Origin: Elusimicrobiota bacterium
GTDB taxonomy: Bacteria; Elusimicrobiota; Endomicrobiia; Endomicrobiales; Endomicrobiaceae
Reading direction: 5' to 3'
NCBI GenBank assembly: GCA_031274365.1
Contig: JAISQF010000007.1
Span: 8,081-72,080, forward strand
DNA length: 64,000 bases
Shown here in pieces: positions 1 through 6,514 of this stretch. Both the position numbers and the translations under genes were made by a program. Numbering within the stretch: position 1 is the first letter of the stretch; each line of letters opens with the position of its first letter. Below the pieces are notes generated by a model. That model did no database searches. It was not told the origin of the DNA and saw only the letters and a program-made list of their open reading frames with translations.

Positions 1-284
1 CCGCAAGTTACCACTATATTTTCATTTGGATTAATTTTTAATCCCATATAAGCGCTCTGTTTTCTGGAAAGCTCGTCGCGAAAAACCTGAGCGCCCCAAG
101 TAATTTCATATTGATGAGGTCCGGTGTCGGCGATTACTTTTAAGGCGTCCGTAATTTCTTTAGGAGGATCAAAATCTGGAAAACCTTGAGACAAGTTGAT
201 AGCGCCGTATTGATTTGAAATTCTTGTCATTTTTCTTATTATAGATTCACCAAATCCGTCTAATCTCTTTGATAAATTAGGCAT
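1..284 (-). CDS. class I/II PLP aminotransferase (YbdL/kynurenine-aminotransferase-like), N-terminal part; rest lies beyond window start
   Basis: Hand translation from ATG 284-282: MPNLSKRLDGFGESIIRKMTRISNQYGAINLSQGFPDFDPPKEI...; AAGGAGAAA SD just upstream. Confidence 0.75.
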   Translation of the reverse strand, partial: MPNLSKRLDGFGESIIRKMTRISNQYGAINLSQGFPDFDPPKEITDALKVIADTGPHQYEITWGAQVFRDELSRKQSAYMGLKINPNENIVVTC

Positions 285-355
285 AATTTTCTCCTTTTTT
301 AATATTAAAATTGCGGCTGAGGCTAATCGATAGACAAAACTTATTTTTCAAAATC

Positions 356-1231
356 TCATTCTTTATTTAATTGTGCCGCCGCTTTATTTATTCCCGTTGC
401 CGCATAAAATTCTTTAATCGACATATCCTGCAATGCCAACAATGTTTCTTTATCTTTTGAGCCGGCTTGGCAATTATTTATATGACTAACGCCGGCGCAA
501 AACAAACCGCAATTTGAAATAATAATTTCGTCCGCATTCATCATTTCATCAATAGTGAAAGGCTGTTCAATTACGGGAATGCCCAAAGCACGGCAGTTTT
601 TTATCAAATGCGCTCTCGCAACTCCCGGCAAAATCAAATTGTCCGTCGGAGCAGTCTTAAATTGCTTGTTTTTCAAAATATGTATATTGCTGTGCGAACA
701 TTCCGTCACTTGCCGCCCCCTGCAAAAAACCGCTTCATCGCATCCCGCTTCTTTTGCTTTTTGCATTGCCAAAACATTAGGCAATAAATTTAATGTCTTA
801 ATATTGCAATGAAAATAACGAGTGTCTTCGACTGTAATCAATTTTAATTTTTTATAAATATCATCGATAGAATCTTTACGCAGAGTTATCCAAAGATTAG
901 CTTTTTGATCCGCGTCAAAAGCATGCGTTCTCTCGGCAGACGACGCGCGGGTAACTTGCCAATAAACTAATTGTTGAGGACTGTCTAATTTTTTTACTAA
1001 AGAGCATAACAAATTATTCAATTCTTTTTTTGATATTGGAACTTTGATTCTAATTGCCTCGGCGCTTTTATAAAAACGATCTATATGTTCGTCTAATGCG
1101 AAAATAGTATAGTTTGCGCACATTGCCGCATCATAGACTCCGTCGCCAAACCAACAAACTCTGTCGCTTACGGGAATACGCATATCCTCAATAAGTCCTA
1201 TTTCGCCGTTATAATATCCAAGATTTTTCAT
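356..1231 (-). CDS. dat: class IV aminotransferase, D-amino-acid (D-alanine) aminotransferase-like
   Basis: 291-aa ORF; N-terminus MKNLGYYNGE..RVCWFGDGVYD and overall length typical of fold-type IV D-aa/branched-chain aminotransferases. Confidence 0.75.
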   Translation of the reverse strand: MKNLGYYNGEIGLIEDMRIPVSDRVCWFGDGVYDAAMCANYTIFALDEHIDRFYKSAEAIRIKVPISKKELNNLLCSLVKKLDSPQQLVYWQVTRASSAERTHAFDADQKANLWITLRKDSIDDIYKKLKLITVEDTRYFHCNIKTLNLLPNVLAMQKAKEAGCDEAVFCRGRQVTECSHSNIHILKNKQFKTAPTDNLILPGVARAHLIKNCRALGIPVIEQPFTIDEMMNADEIIISNCGLFCAGVSHINNCQAGSKDKETLLALQDMSIKEFYAATGINKAAAQLNKE

Positions 1232-1315
1232 CCCCTGTCTTTCCCCCGAAATATTTTCTCAAAACTTTTTTATTTTTATTTTCAATAAAAAAATCTCTCC
1301 CCATAATTAAACAAA

Positions 1316-1339
1316 CAGCGAGTATTTTCATACCCGCTG
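1316..1339 (-). terminator. rho-independent terminator downstream of metQ
   Basis: Minus strand CAGCGGGTA-tgaaaa-TACTCGCTG followed by TTTGTTTAATT. Confidence 0.6.
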
Positions 1340-1412
1340 TTGTTTTAACTGCTTATTAATTATCTATAACAATGTTAGATTTACAAATTAGCATATCTCG
1401 TCATAGAAATTA

Positions 1413-2228
1413 TTACCAAGCCGGTTGATAAGCGCCCTTAAAATCTTTCAAGATAACCGCTTTAACTTCGTCGGTATGATAAGCATCGACAATTTTCTTA
1501 TAGATGGGATTATCTTTATCTTCCGTGCGAGCGGCAATGATATTTATATAAGGATTATCCTGCCCTTCTTCTTGTTTTTCAAGCAAAAGACTGTCTCTCT
1601 CGGGATTAAGTCCGGCGTCAACGGCATGCCCGCCGTTTATAAAAGCAGCTGTAACATCGTCAAGCAAACGAGGAGTTTGAGCCGCTTCAACCTGAATGAA
1701 TTTCAGATCCAATGGATTTGAAGTTATGTCGCTGACATTTGGAAGATAGCCGCCTTTTGGATGAACTTTAATTAAACCCGCAACCTGTAAAACCAAAAGC
1801 GCTCTGCCTCCATTGACCACATCGTTTGGAATCGCAATCGTATCGCCTTTTTTAAGTTCGGATATCGATTTGATTTTTTTCGAATAAAGTCCGATAGGGG
1901 CGATAATCGTTTTTCCAATAGCTGTTATTTTATAACCCTTTGTTTTAATTTCATTATTCAAATAAGCATAATGTTGAAAAGCATTAAGATCAATTTCGCC
2001 GCTTGCGAGAGCCTGATTTGGCAAAACATAATCGCCAAATTTGACTAATTCAATTTTGATACCCTCTTTTGCGAGATTCTTTTTTATAACTTCCCACTGA
2101 GGATTATTATCGCCGACTATACCTACTTTAACGACAATTTCATCCGTCTTTTTTGCGCAAGAACTAAAAGCCGCTATTCCGGCAATACCTACCGCTAAAG
2201 CTAAAACTGCAATACTTATTTTCTTCAT
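1413..2228 (-). CDS. metQ: methionine ABC transporter substrate-binding lipoprotein (MetQ/NlpA family)
   Basis: ORF 1413-2294 trimmed to MKKISIAVLALA.. (ATG 2228-2226) preceded by GGAGGAAG SD; signal peptide with FSSC lipobox; NlpA-family sequence. Confidence 0.9.
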   Translation of the reverse strand: MKKISIAVLALAVGIAGIAAFSSCAKKTDEIVVKVGIVGDNNPQWEVIKKNLAKEGIKIELVKFGDYVLPNQALASGEIDLNAFQHYAYLNNEIKTKGYKITAIGKTIIAPIGLYSKKIKSISELKKGDTIAIPNDVVNGGRALLVLQVAGLIKVHPKGGYLPNVSDITSNPLDLKFIQVEAAQTPRLLDDVTAAFINGGHAVDAGLNPERDSLLLEKQEEGQDNPYINIIAARTEDKDNPIYKKIVDAYHTDEVKAVILKDFKGAYQPAW

Positions 2229-2325
2229 ACTTCCTCCTATTTTATTTTCCATCGCTAAATAATTAGCATTTATTAAAAAGTCCGAATTTAACAAGATTTA
2301 ACAAACTGCGGGCTGTCATATTTTC

Positions 2326-2355
2326 ATTATAATTTATCTTTTTTTAACGCGTCAA
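2326..2355 (-). promoter_or_regulatory. sigma70-like promoter for metQ
   Basis: Minus strand TTGACG (2355-2350) - 18 nt - TATAAT (2331-2326). Confidence 0.5.
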
Positions 2356-2370
2356 CATTTTGTAACATCA

Positions 2371-2762
2371 CTTAACATACTAGACTTTTTATAATAATAG
2401 GTTAAATGAACTTGACAGCATAATTTAATTATTTTGTCGTGTCTTTATTTATATAAAGTTTTTTAGCGGAGACCGAGCAGCCTGAAAGGCTGGATTTTCA
2501 TAACCGTAGGCCAGCGGCCTGCGGAAAAGCCCCCCCCACGTTTTTTCTGCCTGAAAGGCAGGACTACATAAAGGCAGCACGGCACGGGGGCGCGAGCAAG
2601 CTCTGCGCAAGGTAGAGAGAGCAGATGTTATTACAATCCACGGGTCGTTGACCCGCGGTTATGAAAATCCAGCCCTACGGGCTGTAATGCAAAATAAAGT
2701 GTCGCCCCGTGCAAAACTTCTACGACAAAAACATAAGTCTATTATCTGTTTGAGGTTTTTCA
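2371..2762 (+). repeat. modular intergenic element, architecture L arm - class A core - R arm (copy 1)
   Basis: L arm and R arm near-identical to 56281-56657 and related to 5621-6466; core homologous to 5822-6127; no conserved ORF. Confidence 0.85.
2475..2715 (+). ncRNA. candidate structured RNA, class A core (unclassified)
   Basis: Perfect 15-bp long-range helix 2492-2506/2656-2670 plus at least 5 local hairpins; G+C-rich island in AT-rich DNA; strand inferred from G.T pairs. Confidence 0.4.
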
Positions 2763-2775
2763 CATTTTTATAAAA

Positions 2776-3456
2776 CTAATGTGAGATTTTTTTAATAACA
2801 TAATCTCCAAGCGTTTGAATCGCCGTTACTATAAGAACTAAAATTACAACCGTGACTATAGTCACATCCGTTTGATAACGTTGATAACCATAACGAATTG
2901 CAAAGTCTCCAAGTCCTCCGCCGCCTATCGCGCCCGCCATAGCGGTAAGACCCACTAAACTGATAAATGTAATAGTCACTCCGCGTATAATTGACGGAAT
3001 GCTTTCCTTAAAATATACGCGAAAAATTATGCTCACGGGGCTTATGCCCATAGCCAAAGCCGCTTCTATCGTTCCTCTGTCAATTTCTGCCAAAGCCGCC
3101 TGCATCTGTCTTGTGAAAAACGGCGCCGTGCCGACTATTAAAGGCACCATTGCGCCTTTCGTTCCTATCGCCGTGCCGACGATAGCTCTGGTAACAGGTA
3201 TTAAAAGAGCAAGCAAAATTATAAAAGGAACTGAGCGGAAAAAATTTATCACTTTATCAAGAATAGTCCAAAAAACCAGATTCTCCAAAATATCGCCTTT
3301 TCTTGTTACCACAAGCAAAACTCCAAAAACAATACCTATACAAAAAGATATTATTCCGCTGATAAGCATCATATAAAGAGTTTGTCCGGTGCAAAGCAAA
3401 AGCTCGGGAATTTTGTCCATAACATTTGGAAAAAGATATTCTATAATTTTAGTCAT
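2776..3456 (-). CDS. metI: methionine ABC transporter permease
   Basis: 226-aa polytopic membrane ORF, MetI-type BPD permease; overlaps metN stop by 8 nt. Confidence 0.9.
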   Translation of the reverse strand: MTKIIEYLFPNVMDKIPELLLCTGQTLYMMLISGIISFCIGIVFGVLLVVTRKGDILENLVFWTILDKVINFFRSVPFIILLALLIPVTRAIVGTAIGTKGAMVPLIVGTAPFFTRQMQAALAEIDRGTIEAALAMGISPVSIIFRVYFKESIPSIIRGVTITFISLVGLTAMAGAIGGGGLGDFAIRYGYQRYQTDVTIVTVVILVLIVTAIQTLGDYVIKKISH

Positions 3457-4486
3457 AAGATTTTATAATCTCCACTTTAACTCCTCTTTCTCTGACATAA
3501 TCAAAAGCTTTTTTCTGATTTTCTTTTGACCCGCTTATTATAAGTATCAATCCGCCCATAGGCATATCGAGAATGATGTCTAAATCCGCAAAAATTATAT
3601 TGAGTCTTATATCAAACATTGCGGAAATTGTAGAAATCAAAGCTTCCACAACGCTGGGACCGGAATAACTAAAATGAGCGAGAGTCTCGCCGGGCTTTAA
3701 TGTCGTAACAATAGAATTTTCGGCAAGCAAATCATAGATCTTATTGAGATTTGAAGTCGTCGCTATGAAATCCTTTGTAATCTTATGTTTGGGATTGGCA
3801 AATATATTAAAAACTTCGTCCGTCTCTATTACTTCACCCGCCTCCATAACCGCAACCTCATTACATATCGATTTTATTATATTCATTTCATGAGTAACAA
3901 TAACTATCGTTAGATTGAGTTTTTTATTTAAATCTTTAAGTAATGCCAAAATTGACAAAGTAGTTTTAGGGTCAAGAGCGCTGGTGGCCTCGTCGCAAAG
4001 CAAAATTTTTGGATTTGTCGCAAGAGATCTGGCTATGCCCACTCTTTGTTTTTGTCCGCCGGAAAGCTGAGACGGATATCCGTTTATCTTGCTTTCAAGA
4101 CCAACTAATTCCAAAAGCTCGGTCACTCTATCGTCTATTTGTTCTTTTGTATATCCTCTGTGCTGCAGAGGAAAAGCGATATTTTCAGCTATCGTGCGAG
4201 AACGAAAAAGATTGAAATGTTGAAAGATCATTCCTATATCTTTTCTTTTTTCTCTGATTTGAGCGGGCGAAAATTTCATCAAATCGTCTCCGTTCACTAT
4301 TACCGAACCGGAATCCGGACGCTCCAAAAGATTTATACATCTAATAAGAGTGCTTTTTCCCGCTCCGCTCAAACCGATTATTCCAAAGATTTCTCCATCC
4401 TCAATTGTTAATGAGACATCTTTTAGCGCCCTCACCGTAGAATGTTTAGTATTAAAAGTTTTGCTGACGTCTCTTAACTCTATCAA
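3449..4486 (-). CDS. metN: methionine ABC transporter ATP-binding protein with C-terminal NIL regulatory domain
   Basis: 345 aa; Walker A GLSGAGKST, signature LSGGQKQR, Walker B ILLCDE; about 100-aa C-terminal extension typical of MetN. Confidence 0.92.
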   Translation of the reverse strand: MIELRDVSKTFNTKHSTVRALKDVSLTIEDGEIFGIIGLSGAGKSTLIRCINLLERPDSGSVIVNGDDLMKFSPAQIREKRKDIGMIFQHFNLFRSRTIAENIAFPLQHRGYTKEQIDDRVTELLELVGLESKINGYPSQLSGGQKQRVGIARSLATNPKILLCDEATSALDPKTTLSILALLKDLNKKLNLTIVIVTHEMNIIKSICNEVAVMEAGEVIETDEVFNIFANPKHKITKDFIATTSNLNKIYDLLAENSIVTTLKPGETLAHFSYSGPSVVEALISTISAMFDIRLNIIFADLDIILDMPMGGLILIISGSKENQKKAFDYVRERGVKVEIIKSYD

Positions 4487-4518
4487 TTTATTTCCTCTAT
4501 TTTTTCATATAATGAAAC

Positions 4519-5331
4519 TTAAAAAGCCGGAACCACAGCTCCATTATATTTCTTTTCTATAAATTTTTTCACATCGTTTGATTGCAAACTTTTTACCAAA
4601 GCCTTAATTGCTGGATCATTTTGTCTTGACGTTTTAACCACTATTAAATTTGCATAAGGCGAATTTTTAACGCTTTCGCGCGCAAGAACCGGATCTTTTA
4701 TTCCAAATTCCAAAATTCTATTGGTGTTTGTTATATATGCGTCAAACTGATCTCCCGAGCGAACTATCAAACCTGCGTCTAATTCCTTAAGTTGAACAGG
4801 CTTTAGGAATTTTTCAATATCGTTTTTTGTGGCTTGATAAGATTTAATACCCTTTTTTAGCGTCAAAAATCCTTCTTGCTGCAATAATAAAAGCGCTCTG
4901 TATTCATTTGACGGATCGTTTGGAATAGCGATTATAGGATTTGCGGGAAGGTCCGAAAGTTTTTTGTATTTATGAGAATACAAACCAATCGGCTCTATAT
5001 GAATAGCGCCCACAGACACTAAATCAAGTTTTCTGCCCACAGACGCGGCTTCCAAAAAAGGCAAATGTTGAAAATAATTTGCGTCATAATATCCCTCATC
5101 GGTTTGAGTATTTATCAAAGTCCATTCACTCGTTACATAAATTTGCAAATCAATCCCTTCTTTAGCAAGTTTAGGTTTTACAAATTCTAAAATTTCAGCA
5201 TGGGGAACTGCGTCTGCCGCAACTTTTAACACAACCTTTTTAGCTTGAGCCGATACATCCTGATTTCCAATAAACAAAATTCCCGCAATTGAAAATGCGG
5301 CGATTGTTAATACTGATAATATTTTTTTCAT
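4519..5331 (-). CDS. metQ: MetQ/NlpA-family substrate-binding protein (second paralog)
   Basis: 270 aa, signal peptide, NlpA-family similarity to 1413-2228 product; first gene of metQNI unit. Confidence 0.88.
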   Translation of the reverse strand: MKKILSVLTIAAFSIAGILFIGNQDVSAQAKKVVLKVAADAVPHAEILEFVKPKLAKEGIDLQIYVTSEWTLINTQTDEGYYDANYFQHLPFLEAASVGRKLDLVSVGAIHIEPIGLYSHKYKKLSDLPANPIIAIPNDPSNEYRALLLLQQEGFLTLKKGIKSYQATKNDIEKFLKPVQLKELDAGLIVRSGDQFDAYITNTNRILEFGIKDPVLARESVKNSPYANLIVVKTSRQNDPAIKALVKSLQSNDVKKFIEKKYNGAVVPAF

Positions 5332-5393
5332 TTTTTTCTCCTTTCTTAAATTATTAAATTTTTAATACATTTTCAATACTATTTCCCACTTTA

Positions 5394-5456
5394 TTAAAAT
5401 TTTTGATTAAGACAACATCGGAATCCGATTATAACTTCTTTTAATACATTTTTCAT
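5394..5456 (-). CDS. candidate 20-aa leader peptide MKNVLKEVIIGFRCCLNQKF
   Basis: Hand-found mini-ORF in the metQ2 leader, AAAGGAG SD 5 nt before ATG, tandem Cys codons; below ORF-track size cutoff. Confidence 0.3.
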   Translation of the reverse strand: MKNVLKEVIIGFRCCLNQKF

Positions 5457-5543
5457 ATTTTCTCCTTTTGTTATCATATACTACATATACTATATGATAT
5501 GCAATTATTTATATCAATCTCCAAAATTTGATATATTTCACAC

Positions 5544-5604
5544 ATAACATATAAAACATACTTGTTATATATGTTATATTAAATAATTATAAAAATTTTG
5601 TCAA
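5544..5604 (-). promoter_or_regulatory. sigma70-like promoter of metQ-metN-metI with overlapping 10-bp inverted repeat
   Basis: Minus strand TTGACA (5604-5599) - 17 nt - TAATAT (5581-5576); ATAACATATA (5544-5553) / TATATGTTAT (5568-5577) perfect IR overlapping the -10. Confidence 0.55.
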
Positions 5605-5821
5605 GTTTTTGTTAAATTTTTTAATATATTAGACTTTTTATGATAATAGGTTAAGCGAATTTTATGGCATAATTTAATGACGTGTAAAAATTCAACAATG
5701 CGCGCGGATTTTTTATATTTTTTATTTTTATTGTTTTAGCTTTTCTCTTTATAGCCTTAAAGGATAGATTTCCATAACCGTGTGCGACTATGCAAGGGAC
5801 GGATTAGTATCATATGGCGCA

Positions 5822-6127
5822 CAGCCTGAAAGGCTGGATTTTCATAACCGTAGGCCAGGCCTGCGCAAGCAAAATCACCCGTCTGCTCTCTGCCTGAAAG
5901 GCAGGACCCTCTGCCTAAAAGGTAGGCTACATAAAGGCAGCACGGCAATGGGCGCGAGCAAGCTCTGCGCGAGGTAGAGGGAGCGGATGCGACTACAGTC
6001 CACGGGTCGTTGACCCGCGGTTATGAAAATCCTGCCCTACGGGCTGCAAGGCAAAATAAAGTCCAAAACAGAAAACAAGAAAACTAAAGTAAAACAAAGC
6101 CTGAAACAAAACCAAGTGCGCCCGTGC
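5822..6127 (+). ncRNA. candidate structured RNA, class A core (copy 2, with insertions)
   Basis: Same 15-bp helix (5836-5850/6018-6032) and hairpins as copy 1; one extra hairpin and an A-rich insertion. Confidence 0.4.
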
Positions 6128-6199
6128 TAAACTTATATATCAGAGATTATAGCTTTTGTCTTGTAGTGTCTTTATTTATCAAAGTTTTTTAGCGGAGAC

Positions 6200-6427
6200 C
6201 GCATTAGAGGACGAGACTATGAGTGAAATGTTTTTTTGGATTATCATTTGACGATGTGTGAGCCGCCCTTCCTTATGTCGTAATGCGCGGGGGCGGCGAG
6301 TTTGGCAAATGCCAAAAGAATGTTTGGCGTTTGCCAAAAAAACATAAACGAATGTCCGAAGCGGGCAGAGCTAAAAAACAAAAAAATATTTTAATGATAA
6401 AGAGTAAAGGCAAGTATCGTCTCTGCA
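6200..6427 (+). ncRNA. candidate structured RNA, class B core (copy 1)
   Basis: About 90 percent identical by eye to 56381-56607; pseudoknot-compatible helices and twin TTTGGC-N4-GCCAAA hairpins. Confidence 0.4.
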
Positions 6428-6514
6428 AGATTTTTACGACAAAAACACAAGTCTATTATATAGTTGTCTGTCATTACAATTTTGATGACTTGTTGAGGGA
6501 TGCAATTTTAATAC

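Larger units (their letters stand above)
5621..6466 (+). repeat. composite modular element: L arm - extra segment - class A core - junction motif - class B core - R arm
   Basis: Shares L arm, 32-nt junction motif (6168-6199), both core types and R arm with the loci at 2371 and 56281. Confidence 0.85.

Noticed and set aside
1413-2294. Longer 293-aa version of MetQ starting at 2294
   Set aside because: The upstream 22 codons lack an SD and precede the real signal peptide. ATG 2228 has a GGAGGAAG SD and gives a standard lipoprotein signal.
2441-2473. The 32-nt junction motif (also at 6168-6199 and 56349-56380) as a CRISPR repeat
   Set aside because: Only one copy per core. The intervening 'spacers' would be over 230 nt and are themselves conserved between loci. 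There is no array periodicity and no cas genes in the window.
2530-2537. C8 homopolymer in class A copy 1 as a phase-variation tract
   Set aside because: It is non-coding and is not conserved in copy 2 (CACCC there). There is no associated ORF or promoter spacing that it could modulate. I note it only as a possible sequencing-error hotspot.
2475-2715. Class A core as a minus-strand riboswitch or leader for the metQ genes (both class A copies lie upstream of a metQ)
   Set aside because: Good sigma70-type promoters (2326-2355, 5576-5604) lie between the elements and the metQ start codons, so the elements would be outside the mRNA. G-T pairs in the helices fit the plus strand only. I found no match to the S-box/SAM-I consensus or to the B12, ZTP, ydaO or glmS signatures as I recall them.
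2371-2762. Retron msr/msd, a TnpB/IscB guide RNA or an IS110 bridge RNA as the identity of the modular elements
   Set aside because: No reverse transcriptase, TnpB/IscB or IS110 recombinase gene is adjacent or anywhere in the 64 kb. The 3' ends are conserved rather than variable and guide-like. This cannot be fully excluded without the whole genome.
5781-5800. GTGCGAC.. resembling the GUGYG 5' end of a group II intron
   Set aside because: The whole element is far too short. There is no domain V-like 34-nt hairpin with the AGC triad, no intron-encoded protein and no plausible exon junctions.
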